Shown one piece after another: positions 10,805-21,406 of a DNA stretch of 64,000 nucleotides. Below the pieces are notes generated by a model. It saw only the letters and a list, made by a program, of their open reading frames with translations, was not told where the DNA came from and ran no database searches. This stretch comes from a bacterium. Lineage in GTDB: Bacteria > Hinthialibacterota > Hinthialibacteria > Hinthialibacterales > Hinthialibacteraceae. Made by a program: the position numbers and the translations under genes. The stretch is taken from NCBI GenBank assembly GCA_963663405.2, contig CAXXSM010000144.1, forward strand, positions 1 to 64,000, in the 5' to 3' direction. How positions within the stretch are numbered: the stretch's first letter is position 1; every line of letters begins with the position of its first letter.

Positions 10805-11938
10805 ATGAATAGAAACGGTATTCATATACTTACATTCTTCCTGCTAGTATTAATCACCACTATGACCGCCTGGGGCGATGTTCAAGCCAAGAGAATTGTG
10901 ACCGGCCGGGTCAATTCCTATTTTCTGCCGGGAACTCAAATTACCGTATCGATTTATGTGACGGGCGATCCAGGTTCTGTGACGGTCATCGAACAACCCC
11001 CGGCGGATTGGACAATTACTCAAGTGCAGAATGAGGGCGTCATCGCTGATGGGCAAATTATATGGAATATAACGGGATTTACCGGGAATCAAACCCTACA
11101 ATATTTTCTTATGCCACCATCCCCCGCTGACGCTGCCCTGGATGGAATTTTTTTTGGTAAAGTGAATGAGGCGGAGATTAGCGGAATGAATATTTTGTTA
11201 TGCCCCATACCCACACCGGGGAAACAAGTCCCGATGAAGACCGGCCTGGCATACCCCTATTGGTTGTATTTACCGGAGGAGTACGGAATTATCGAACAAG
11301 ATTGGCCTATGATTCTATTTTTACATGGAGGGCCAATGATAGGAGCCATGGGTTCTCTAACCAATGGCGCGCTGACATCATTCCTGAATTTTTCATCGAA
11401 TCGGGAAAAATATCCGGAATTATTTCAATGCGTTGTTGTATCTCCATATTGTTATGAGGAATGGTGGACAAATTCTCTTTTGTATGAAGTTGTCGCTGAA
11501 GTATCGTCGAAATACCACATTGATACCCAGCGAATCTATGTAATGGGAGTCAGCATGGGAGGATTTGGCGCGTGGAGTTTTGCCGGCGCTTATCCGGAAT
11601 GGGTCGCCGCCGCGATTCCCATCTGTGGCGCGGGAGTCGAGATATATGTGGAAGAATTACATTCTACCATTCCGGCGGTTTCGTTGGAAAATCTGGTTTC
11701 CATCCCGATATGGGCGTTTCATGGCGCGAAAGACAGCCTCGTCCTGGAAGCGTGGGAAGCCCAAACTGTACAAGATCTGTTGGCGATGGGGGGGAATGTA
11801 AAATACACTGTTTATCCCAACGCTGGTCATCTTGACACCCCTAACTACGCATATAACGATCCTGAGGTTTATCAATGGCTGCTGCAGCAGAGAAAATCGC
11901 GCCAATCCGCCATATTCATTTATGAAAATTTCAAATAA
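10805..11938 (+). CDS. Secreted alpha/beta-hydrolase (esterase/peptidase) with an N-terminal beta-sandwich-like domain
   Basis: YWLYLP, LFLHGG, nucleophile elbow GVSMGG, FHGAKD, YPNAGH. Confidence 0.85.
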   Translation: MNRNGIHILTFFLLVLITTMTAWGDVQAKRIVTGRVNSYFLPGTQITVSIYVTGDPGSVTVIEQPPADWTITQVQNEGVIADGQIIWNITGFTGNQTLQYFLMPPSPADAALDGIFFGKVNEAEISGMNILLCPIPTPGKQVPMKTGLAYPYWLYLPEEYGIIEQDWPMILFLHGGPMIGAMGSLTNGALTSFLNFSSNREKYPELFQCVVVSPYCYEEWWTNSLLYEVVAEVSSKYHIDTQRIYVMGVSMGGFGAWSFAGAYPEWVAAAIPICGAGVEIYVEELHSTIPAVSLENLVSIPIWAFHGAKDSLVLEAWEAQTVQDLLAMGGNVKYTVYPNAGHLDTPNYAYNDPEVYQWLLQQRKSRQSAIFIYENFK

Positions 11939-12059
11939 ATGTCAACTATATGTTGACATAACCGAATCCAGTTCCGTTAAATTCATATCATCTGATGAAT
12001 TGCCTTCGAATGGCGATTGATTGTTAGTAGTGAACGGATTATTGATTAACGATATTCGA

Positions 12060-12847
12060 TTATCGAGAAGATGCTTGAGCATTCCTCTCTAAGCGTTCGT
12101 ATTCCTTAATCAATTGCATGACGATATCCGGTATGGAAGCCATCAGGTTACAAGTCAATCTAATATCATTATTCAGATCGAACAACTGCCATCCATGTCC
12201 TAGACTTTCCTAGACCGCTTTGTAGTTTTTCCAAAGAATTGCCCGGCTGTTTCCCAAGCGCCAATACAAAAATTGATGAGATGATTTCCCTCTCCCCGTT
12301 AATGCGTCTGTTGGTTTTTCCATCGATTTGTTGTGAAAATGTAATTTTCGAAAATACTAAATTAAGGTTCATCCTGTAAGTGAGTACGCAATGTAAAAAT
12401 ATATTCTCTTTTCATGGAAGATTGTGTATCCATGTTTACCCAGACTTCATGCTCTGGCGCAAGCGCCAGTATCTGGGCCACTATAATATGTCCTACCGGC
12501 GCTCGCGCCGGAGCCTTAGTGGGACAAAAGAAAATAGCCCGAGGATTTCAATCCTGGGGATAGAGGAATATGCTTTCTCATTAGAAGCAGCGTCTACTAA
12601 TAGTACTCACTTACCGGATGAGCCAAAAAAAGAAAAGCGATGATTCCAACTGCCCAAACAAAACAAAACTCAACGTTATTAAAATTAGCTCAATTTCCGA
12701 TCCCATACCGATATTGTGGAAACACGACGTGCCCAAAAGATACTGTTTCTGAGCTTTAATGGATTCTTGCGCGAGTGTGATGACCGCATTCGTGCACATG
12801 AAAATGATCGCAGCGATGATCAGGGGAATTCAATTGTGTGATTTCAT
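12060..12847 (-). pseudogene. Decayed sulfatase gene: C-terminal remnant 12060-12278 and probable signal-peptide remnant near 12847
   Basis: My translation of 12278->12060 is HQFLYWRLGNSRAILWKNYKAV*ESLGHGWQLFDLNNDIRLTCNLMASIPDIVMQLIKEYERLERNAQASSR*, a typical sulfatase tail with an internal TAG at 12210-12212. IDGK lies upstream in another frame. ATG 12847 gives MKSHN*IPLIIAAIIFMCTNAVITLAQE. Confidence 0.6.
12439..12526. repeat. Two inverted copies of a REP-like nested hairpin
   Basis: ctggcgcaagcgccag lies inside an outer stem cccaga...tctggg (about 12439-12477). ccggcgctcgcgccgg lies inside tgtcc...ggaca (about 12489-12526). The same core recurs at 39554-39577. Confidence 0.65.
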
Positions 12848-13085
12848 GTTTTTTATCCTTTCTATTTGATATTGATGCGCATTTAAATAGAATATAACCA
12901 TAACGCGTTTGATTCACATAACGAGATGAGTTACGAAAAGTATACTGATTTGCATAATAATTAATCCGGACTCCGGCTCCCGGTGAAAACCGAACTGGTG
13001 AATTGAATTCTAGGATTGTGAGTATAGAGCGCTTGATCATATAACCGGTTTTTGTTGCTTCTTTCTCGAATTCAACAAACGTACA

Positions 13086-15244
13086 TTGGAGAGTCCATTG
13101 AACGATTGTAATTATGCTGATGAATGCAAGGGGGGGGAAGAACTACTGGAAAGCTGTATAGTGGAGGAGGACCTTGGATTAACGTTTGAAGACTTGTTCG
13201 ATCTTGATGAGATTCAAACGATCCAAGACGCCTTTGCGAATGCCACGGGGGTCGCATCAATTATTACACAGCCAGACGGACGTCCCATCACTCAACCAAG
13301 CAATTTCTGCCGTCTTTGTCGCGACATCATCCGTCATACGGGAAAAGGATTGGAAAACTGCATGCGTTCGGACGCCATAATCGGCCATCCCAATCCCGAT
13401 GGCCCGATCGTCCAACCTTGCCATAGCGGTGGACTCTGGGATGGTGGCGCTAGTATAAGTGCCGGAAACAAGCACATCGCCAATTGGTTGATCGGCCAAG
13501 TCCGCAACAAAGCGCAAAATGAAGAACGTATGCTCGAATACGCCCGTGAGATTGGCGCGGACGAAGATGAATTCCGGTCAGCGTTACAGGAAGTTACCAT
13601 CATGTCGACGGAACAATTTCAGCATACCTGCAACACGCTTTTTTTGTTTGCTAAACAGATGTCACAATTGGCGTATCAGAACATACAACAACAAGCCCGG
13701 GCAATCCATCGCCGCAAACGGGCGGAAGAGGCGTTAAAGAATTCAGAAGCCTTGTATCAATCCCTTGTACAATATTTACCACAGGGTATTTTCCGCAAAG
13801 ACTTGAAGGGGCGATTTACTTTTATCAACCAGAAAGTCTGTGAATATGTCGGATTCAAAGAAGAAGAGATTATTGGAAACACTGATTTTGATTTGCTCCC
13901 AAAAGAATTGGCGGAAAAATATCAGCATGATGACCTTCGTGTTTTTCAAACACAAGAAATGTTCGAATGTATCGAAGAGAACCAAAGCCGCAGTGGTGAG
14001 AAAATATACGTACATGTTATTAAAACTCCTATCTACAATGCGGAAGGAAAAATTATTGGGCTTCAAGGCATTTTTTGGATATTACTGAAAAGCAGAGAAT
14101 GGAAGAAGAATTGCTAAAAGCAAGAAAACTGGAATCGGTCGGTATTCTCGCAGGAGGAATCGCTCATGATTTCAACAATCTTTTAATGGTAATCCTTGGT
14201 AATATCTCTCTTATCAAATCGTTTTCGAGTTTGAGTGATTTCATTTCGCAGCGATTGCAAGAAGTTGAAAAAGCCATCCAACGGGCACAGGATTTAACCC
14301 AGCAATTACTCACGTTTTCAAAAGGCGGCGCGCCGGTTAAAAAGACTATTTCGATCACAAAACTTGTCGAAGAAACCACTGCTTTCACCCTGCGAGGATC
14401 AAACGTTCGATGCGAGTTCGATCTCCCTGATGATCTCTGGTTTATTAATGTGGATGAAGGGTAGTTTAGCCAAGTGATCCAAAACATAGCGCTCAACGCT
14501 GTCCAGGCGATGCCCGGCGGGGGTGTTTTAACGATCAAAGGAAGAAATGTTCCAAATGAAGATACGAAGGACTTAATGATCCATTCTTCAGAGGTAAGCG
14601 ATTTTATCGAATTGACAATCCAGGATCAAGGATCAGGTATACCGGATAAGGATTTACAAAAAATATTTGATCCTTATTTTACAACCAAATCCAAAGGCAG
14701 TGGGCTGGGACTCGCTTCCGCTTATTCGATTGTCAAAAATCACGGGGGAAGGATCGCTGTCCAATCCGAGTTGCAGAAAGGGACGATTTTTACGATATAT
14801 CTTCCCGTCTCTAACAAACCGGTTTCCCCACAACAGGAATTTGAAATGAATAAATCGGTTTCAGGACATGGACGGATTCTTATTATGGATGATGAGCCTC
14901 TGATCCGCGATGTCACTTCTCAAATGCTTCAACAGATAGGCTATGAAGTTGTGGCTGCTAATGATGGCGCGGAAGCGATTGAACGATACTTAAGAGCTAT
15001 TGAAACCGGAACTCGATTTGACGCAGTCATCATGGATTTAACAATTCCCGGTGGAATGGGGGGCAAGGAGGCAATCAAAAAATTGCGTGAAATCGATCCG
15101 AATGTGAAAGCCATTGTATCGAGCGGGTATTCAAGTGATCCGGTTATGGCGAATTACCAGGACTATGGATTTGATGGATTCATCAGTAAACCTTATAAGA
15201 TGGATGAACTTGGAAGAGCGCTGCAAACCGTAATGAAAAAGTGA
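13086..15244 (+). CDS. Hybrid sensor kinase PocR-PAS-HisKA-HATPase-REC; one frameshift near 14075 and one in-frame TAG at 14462-14464
   Basis: PocR domain: IQTIQDAFANATGVAS...CHSGGLWDGGASI...WLIGQV. PAS: IFRKDLKGRFTFIN. Kinase: LAGGIAHDFNNLL, IFDPYFTTK..GSGLGL. REC: LIMDDE, MDLTIPGG, SKPY. Confidence 0.85.
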
Positions 15245-15254
15245 GAATATCGGA

Positions 15255-15749
15255 ATGCGACTTTTTTTTATAACATTTCTATCATTTTTATTCTTAGCCG
15301 GATGCGCTGGAGCAGGGAAGAGAACTCCCTCCACCAGTCAGCAAAGTTCGCATCCTGTAAACTCGCAAGAATCATCTCCCTCGATCAACGTTCCGGAACA
15401 CGTCCCTTCCATTTCCGAAGAGAATTCTTCCAGCCCACCGGATTCCAGCGCGCAATCTCCACCATCCGAAATACCAGACAGCGCTCTGACTGAACCAATC
15501 GAAAATACAAGCCAAGAGCCTGAAATCACCATTGAACCGGATTTGGGCCGCCGCAGTCCCTATTTGATCTATTCTGAATCCCTTAAACTGTATACGTCTC
15601 CAAGCGCTCAATATGATATCTTTTTTTCCGATGGCGTTTGGTACGTGCGGTCACGAGGAACGTGGTTTACGGCTAAAAGCCATCGGGGGCCTTGGCGCGA
15701 GATTGAACCATCCGCTTTAATTCCAGCTCTCCAGGAGATAGGACAATGA
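15255..15749 (+). CDS. Ser/Pro-rich lipoprotein of unknown function
   Basis: Lipobox LAGC, low-complexity linker, short aromatic C-terminal domain; overlaps the next start (ATGA). Confidence 0.7.
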   Translation: MRLFFITFLSFLFLAGCAGAGKRTPSTSQQSSHPVNSQESSPSINVPEHVPSISEENSSSPPDSSAQSPPSEIPDSALTEPIENTSQEPEITIEPDLGRRSPYLIYSESLKLYTSPSAQYDIFFSDGVWYVRSRGTWFTAKSHRGPWREIEPSALIPALQEIGQ

Positions 15750-17134
15750 TAAAAGAGAATTCACGGCGGCATTTCCTGCGGCAGGCGGCTTGCCTGGCGG
15801 CATGGCCGTTCGCTTATCCACTTTATACGGCTAATGGATCGAACCAACAATCCCGGCCTAACATTGTATTCATCCTCGCCGATGATCTCGGTTATGGTGA
15901 CGTAGGCTGTTATGGATGTCCTGATATTGACACACCGGCCCTTGATCGATTGGCCACGGAGGGAGTGCGTTTCACCAGCTTTTACGCCAACGCGCCCGAA
16001 TGCACACCCACCCGGACCGCTCTCCTGACAGGCCGCTATCAACAGCGGGTAGGCGGTTTGGAATGCGCGATCGGGATCGGTAACGTGGGACGCTATGATG
16101 ACGCGATCCGGCTGCGGGAAACGCATGATCTCGGCCTCCCCGTTGAAGAAACTTCAATCGCTCGTATGCTGAAAGACGCCGGTTATCGAACCGCCCTGGC
16201 CGGGAAATGGCATCTTGGCTACGAACCGAAATTCTCCCCATTAAAACATGGTTTCGATCGCGCGTTTGGACCCATTGGTGGATCCGCTGACTATTTCCAT
16301 CATACAGAACCGGAAGGATTACACGCTCTTTACGAAAATGGCGAACCCGTCCACCGTGATGGATACATGACCGATCTAATCACCAATGCAGCGGTCCAGT
16401 TCATTGAAGACCAAACGGGGAAAACGCCTTTCTTTCTTTACACCGCCTACACCTGTCCCCATACTCCCTACCAAGGCCCAAACGACCAGACGGACACTCG
16501 CAAAACACCGGAAAATTGGAACCAAGGAACGCGGGAGACTTTCATCGAAATGGTCGAACGCATGGATACGGGAATCGATTCAATCCTCCAAGCGTTAGAG
16601 CGAAAAGGATTCGCAGACAACACTCTTGTCATTTTCGCCAGCGATAATGGAGCCAACCAGCACGGCCGCAACGCTCCATTCTCCGGCTACAAAGGCCAAC
16701 TCTTTGAAGGAGGCGTCCGTGTCCCCTGCATCGTCCGCTGGCCAAAAAAAATCCCCGCTGGAACAGAAACGAATCGCCCAACCCTGATAATGGACTTCTC
16801 CACCTCCATCATCCGCGCCGCCGGAACAGCCCCTCCAAAAGATCGTCCATTTGATGGAATCGACATCCTCAACGAAATTCAAACCAACCAACCTCCAACC
16901 AAACGCCCCCTCTTCTTCCGCAAACGAAGAGGGGATGAAACTTGGAAAGCGGTTAGAGAAGGGAACCTAAAATACATCCATCGCCAAAAAGGTTCCGAAA
17001 TTGAAGAATACCTATTCGATCTTAAACAAGACCCAGCGGAAAAGAATAACCTCTTAACATCACATCCACAGGACAAAGAGCGGCTTGAGAAATTACTTGT
17101 TAAATGGGAGAAAGATGTGCGGCATACTAGATAA
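15746..17134 (+). CDS. Tat-exported Cys-type sulfatase (S1 family)
   Basis: Tat motif SRRHFL; PNIVFILADDLG; CTPTRTALLTGR (CxPxR); GKWHLG; ASDNG; EGGVRVP; LFDLKQDPAEKNNL. Confidence 0.95.
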   Translation: MIKENSRRHFLRQAACLAAWPFAYPLYTANGSNQQSRPNIVFILADDLGYGDVGCYGCPDIDTPALDRLATEGVRFTSFYANAPECTPTRTALLTGRYQQRVGGLECAIGIGNVGRYDDAIRLRETHDLGLPVEETSIARMLKDAGYRTALAGKWHLGYEPKFSPLKHGFDRAFGPIGGSADYFHHTEPEGLHALYENGEPVHRDGYMTDLITNAAVQFIEDQTGKTPFFLYTAYTCPHTPYQGPNDQTDTRKTPENWNQGTRETFIEMVERMDTGIDSILQALERKGFADNTLVIFASDNGANQHGRNAPFSGYKGQLFEGGVRVPCIVRWPKKIPAGTETNRPTLIMDFSTSIIRAAGTAPPKDRPFDGIDILNEIQTNQPPTKRPLFFRKRRGDETWKAVREGNLKYIHRQKGSEIEEYLFDLKQDPAEKNNLLTSHPQDKERLEKLLVKWEKDVRHTR

Positions 17135-17221
17135 AACACCAGTTCCGTAGGGCTAAAAGCGAAGCGTAGGGCGCCTTTCTACTATCCCAATATTAGTAAA
17201 AAAACAACGAAAGAACATGAC

Positions 17222-18055
17222 ATGAACATCTCTACCAAAACTAGCGTAAACATAATCTTCCTCCTCCCATTCCTCCTCCTCTGCATCAATCCCCACCCCG
17301 TAAAAGCCGAACTCGCTGCGGATCAAATCGCGCTAACCACGGGAGAATTAATCATTCCCCATCGTTTCCACCCCAAAGCCGGCAAAGTCAATCTCGTGTT
17401 TCACATGCACTGCGCCCCATCTGCGGCGGGAAGAGCGTTGCTTCGATCGAATGTAAACGCGGTTATGATCGGCGTTCATCTTGGTTCGTTTTCCAGCCCC
17501 TATCAGAATTATTTCTCCAATCCTGATCGATTTCATGAACTGCTCGATCAGTCGATGAAGATATTGAAAAAACGCTATCCGGAATCCCAATTGAAGTGGG
17601 GGCATATCTGCGTAACGGCTTTTAGCGGAGGTTATGGCGGCGCAAGGGAATTTATGAACTGTAAGGAGATTTACGATCAGATCGATTCACTTATCCTGCT
17701 GGATTGCCCACATACATCCTATACAGAAGATCGCAAGGTTTATCCTCCTCAGATGGAAGGATTCCTGCGTCTTGCCAAAGACGCCATCGCAGGGAAGAAA
17801 TCGTTCATCATGACGCATTCCGAAATTGTGCCGGGAGATTACGCCAGCACAACGGAATGCGCGGATTATCTGATTTCGCAATGTAATGGAAAACGGGAGC
17901 CGTGGACGGGAACCAACGAGATGGGCATGATACGCGCTTCCAAATTTGAAGCGGGTCAATTCAAAATTCTGGGGTACAAAGGAGATACCGGGCCGGAGCA
18001 CATGAAACATCTACACGGCATGTTTCTCTATCTAAATCAAATCAAATTCGAGTAA
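17222..18055 (+). CDS. Secreted hypothetical protein, probable alpha/beta-hydrolase fold
   Basis: Signal peptide; TAFSGGYGG nucleophile-like elbow; LILLDC; C-terminal His. Confidence 0.6.
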   Translation: MNISTKTSVNIIFLLPFLLLCINPHPVKAELAADQIALTTGELIIPHRFHPKAGKVNLVFHMHCAPSAAGRALLRSNVNAVMIGVHLGSFSSPYQNYFSNPDRFHELLDQSMKILKKRYPESQLKWGHICVTAFSGGYGGAREFMNCKEIYDQIDSLILLDCPHTSYTEDRKVYPPQMEGFLRLAKDAIAGKKSFIMTHSEIVPGDYASTTECADYLISQCNGKREPWTGTNEMGMIRASKFEAGQFKILGYKGDTGPEHMKHLHGMFLYLNQIKFE

Positions 18056-18103
18056 TGATCATGTATTCGAACGGCAAGGACAAGATTCATACTGTTGTTG
18101 GAC

Positions 18104-19487
18104 TCACCAATTCCTAACCAACTCTTCTACAGCCTCCAAACTCCCCTTCGCCACACGGAAATCATTTTTATACTTCAAATCCCGCTCACTGGTATGATAA
18201 TCGGCGGCGGCTTCAGAAAATTTCAATCCCGTCGCGGTGCTAATAACCGCCGTCGCGTCATTTTCCTTTACCGTCCCATCCGCTCGCGCTTGGAAGAGCG
18301 CGGAAAGGGCGATCCCCGTTTGTGGGCAGATATCTACTCCACTCCGGGTGACGGCCATCTGCGCGTCCTGAATTTCATCTTCCGAGACACGGTAGAAATG
18401 CGCGTCAAACGATTGGATCAATTCCGCGACGCGCGGAAACGATACGGGATCACAAATATTCGCCGCTGAAGCGACACTCGGTTGATGTTTTCCCGGTTTG
18501 TACGCATCGGGCGCGCGCCGGTTCTCATCCCATCGTACCAGGGTATCGCATACCGCCGCTTGCCCGACAAGAATCCCCGGCAGCCGGTCAATCAAGCCAT
18601 GCAGCCGCGCCCGTTTCAATCCCATTAACAGCGCAGTCAAATTCCCCGCATTGCCGACGGGAATCGAGATCCAATCCGGCGCCTTCCACCGTAAATCCTG
18701 GCAGATCTCCAGTCCGATGGTTTCCTGCCCAGCGATGCGGAACGCGTTCTTTGAATTGACCAGCACCAATTCGGAATGAGAACGGCTGAATTCTTGAATG
18801 ATCCGCATACATCCGTCAAATCCATCTGGGTGATCAACTGCGATCACTTTCGAACCAAACTTCAACGCTTGTGTCAACTGCGCAACGGAAATCTTATTAT
18901 ACGGAACAAGAATCACACAACCCAAACGGTCCCCGCGCATACGCCGCATACGCCGCCGCCGCCGCTGATGTGTCTCCCGTGGACGCGCAGCAGACCCCGG
19001 TGATTCCCAACTCAGGATACGCCATTTGCAGACGAAGCACTTCACTTACCGCAATGGACATTCCACGATCTTTGAAACTCCCGCTCGGATTCTGCCCTTC
19101 CAGTTTCAAATAGGTCGGCCCAACACCCAGTTCCTTCCGCAGCCATAGCGGCAGTTCGAACAGATCTGTGCATCCTTCAAACAGCGCCATACTCGCTTCA
19201 ACCGGAAATTCTGGCAGAATGATCTCTCTCCATTCAAATACGCCGGAACCGGATGGATAACGCTGGGCGATTTCGCTCCAGCGAATACGATCGAAATACT
19301 TCTGCGCGGACTCACCATGTCCGATTTTATCCCGGATAAAGTCCTCGTCCCGTTCCACCAGAAGCAATCCCCCGCAATCGTTCTTCGTGCAGGTATAGGT
19401 GAAACGGTCGGTTGGATACTGCGCGCCGCATTGGATGCATTGTTGATAGTAACGCACATCTTGCCCTAGCGTAGTGGATGGAGACAT
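18104..19487 (-). CDS. thrC: Threonine synthase (frameshift near 18900-18940)
   Basis: KLEGQNPSGSFKDRG (PLP lysine), CASTGDTSAAAAAY, LVNSKNAFRIAGQET, PVGNAGN, STATGLKF. Confidence 0.88.
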
Positions 19488-19652
19488 ACAGCAAACCTCT
19501 TATCAATTAAACGTTCGACACATGAAATAATTCATGACCGGAACTAATCATATACGTAATACGATAAAGGGTGAATGTGTCCAGAAAGAAAGGCGCCTTC
19601 TTTTAGTCTGCAAACCATGACGCTAGCCTAAAGTTACGATATTCTGATAAGA

Positions 19653-20576
19653 TTGATGGGATTTTTGAGGAGAATGAGATCGATGTTACAGCGTATGAAT
19701 AGAGAGTGCAGATTCTTTGTCTCTTTGTGTTTATTCACGGGATTCCTTTGTTTTCCCGCCTCTCTGGCCGCCGAACCGTGGTGGACGAAACAAACACTCG
19801 AATCAAGCGAAGAATTCTATTCAAATATTAACTATCGTCTCATGATGTATGAGGCGCCAACCGCTTCCCCCGTTCGCGCCCATATCCTTCACGTTACGGG
19901 ATTAGGAACTGATTATATCTTCGGCGTTCTGGGCAGCTTCGGCGTGCTGATTCCCCCTACAACATTCGCCAAACAATCCAACGCGTTTGGTCATGGTCAA
20001 CGGCGGTTTTTTTCACCCAACAACCGACGCGCGCGAGAGGATTGGTTGTCGCCCACAACCGCATGCTCTATCCACCCTATGCCGGCGGGTCCCATCCGGG
20101 GAGCCGCCGGATTTAAACCCAACGGAATCCTCATCGATTGGATCGCGCCGGATGATGTTAGTGGTTTCGTATTCTCCAGTTCCAAACCCGGCTGGGATGA
20201 GTGCCATTCCGCCCTTGGCGCGGGTCCCATTCTCGTGAAGAAAGGCGTCTCACGCATAGACGTCAGCGAAGAAGGATTCAACAAAACTCAACGCGCCCCC
20301 CGCACCGCCATCGGCTCCCGTGCCGATGGAAGTGTAATCCTCATCGTCGTCGACGGAAGACAACCACTATGGAGCGCCGGTGTCACACTCAGTGAACTGG
20401 CGGAACTTTTCCTCGCGGAACAAGCGGAAGAAGCCATGAACCTCGATGGAGGAGGCTCCTCCACCCTCGTCATAGACCAGAAAATCATCAACCACCCCTC
20501 CGACCTAACCCCCCTCGGAACTCCCGGAAAAGAACGCGCCGTCGCCAATGTGGTGGCTTTATTTAAACGAAATTAG
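19653..20576 (+). CDS. Phosphodiester glycosidase (NAGPA/DUF2233) family protein, with a compensated frameshift near 19985-20070
   Basis: VNGGFF in the alternate frame at 19987; GAGPILV, APRTAIG, IVVDGR, AMNLDGGGSS, ERAVAN. Confidence 0.85.
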   Translation: MMGFLRRMRSMLQRMNRECRFFVSLCLFTGFLCFPASLAAEPWWTKQTLESSEEFYSNINYRLMMYEAPTASPVRAHILHVTGLGTDYIFGVLGSFGVLIPPTTFAKQSNAFGHGQRRFFSPNNRRAREDWLSPTTACSIHPMPAGPIRGAAGFKPNGILIDWIAPDDVSGFVFSSSKPGWDECHSALGAGPILVKKGVSRIDVSEEGFNKTQRAPRTAIGSRADGSVILIVVDGRQPLWSAGVTLSELAELFLAEQAEEAMNLDGGGSSTLVIDQKIINHPSDLTPLGTPGKERAVANVVALFKRN

Positions 20577-20602
20577 TCAACAAATTTCAACTTAGATAAC
20601 AG

Positions 20603-20631
20603 TTGCGTTTCTTAATCCTCTATGCCATAAT
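20603..20631 (+). promoter_or_regulatory. Putative sigma70 promoter for the ORF at 20732
   Basis: TTGCGT-17 bp-CATAAT with an extended TG. Confidence 0.45.
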
Positions 20632-20731
20632 TGCTGAATTGTTCGATAATTCTTGATAGGATTATATGGGGAATCGTGTACGAATTCATCGTAAACCATA
20701 TAAAATTGTATTTTAGTAATGAAAAAGGGGT

Positions 20732-21079
20732 GTGATTATGCTTAAGCAAGATGAAAAAATCGATAAGCTTATTGATGTATTATATGAATGTGTATTCAAG
20801 GATAAACTTAAATGGAAATCAATAATTGATGATGATGATGATGTTTTTCAAACCTCTTTTCCAGATTCATCTATTCGGATAGCTAGAAAAGGGTATGATG
20901 ATTATTGGTATATTTTGAGGATATATAACGAAAAAGGAATGGAAATCGTGGAACGTATTGTAAACGATAGCGCAAGTGAATTCTATGAAAAGATGCAATC
21001 CATCTTTGAGAATGCAAGATATAAAGCGTTGGAAGTGGATAAGGCTCTTGACAAGTTAATTTTACAGCTGACTGTATAA
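20732..21079 (+). CDS. AT-rich hypothetical protein (about 113-115 aa)
   Basis: Clean ORF with RBS-like aagggg; visibly more AT-rich than its neighbours; no family recognised. Confidence 0.65.
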   Translation: MIMLKQDEKIDKLIDVLYECVFKDKLKWKSIIDDDDDVFQTSFPDSSIRIARKGYDDYWYILRIYNEKGMEIVERIVNDSASEFYEKMQSIFENARYKALEVDKALDKLILQLTV

Positions 21080-21101
21080 AATCACAATTGTTTTTATAAA
21101 C

Positions 21102-21335
21102 TCATTCCATATATTCCCTGAAATCATCCAAGGGAGCGTCAAAATCATCTTCCATTTGAATCATCCCGCGAGCGCTGCCGAACTGTGGGATTGGTTTGGA
21201 TGAAGAAAAAGGAACGAGCCGGACTTTTTGATTTTCATCATGAATAATAAAGACTTCTTCGCCCGCTATCGCAGCGGAGATTAAATCCGGTAATTTGAAT
21301 TTTGCTTCTTCCAATTGGACTTGAACCATCATCAT
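21102..21335 (-). CDS. Phd/YefM-like (DUF2281-tailed) antitoxin with no adjacent toxin
   Basis: QLEEAKFKLPDLISAAIAGEEVFI...PQFGSARGMIQMEDDFDAPLDDFREYM. Confidence 0.8.
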   Translation of the reverse strand: MMMVQVQLEEAKFKLPDLISAAIAGEEVFIIHDENQKVRLVPFSSSKPIPQFGSARGMIQMEDDFDAPLDDFREYME

Positions 21336-21406
21336 TCTCCAAAAAGTCTTCTCTATGCGATTATATCACAAACAAAAGAAAAATGATGTATTTTATAATC
21401 TCCTAT

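Noticed and set aside
12210-14464. Genetic-code reassignment (TAG or TGA read-through)
   Set aside because: Only isolated cases, mostly in a decayed gene. TAG and TGA serve as normal stops elsewhere in the window.
18935-18966. GCC/GCATAC microsatellite as a phase-variation tract
   Set aside because: It encodes the normal SAAAAAYAAYA helix of threonine synthase.
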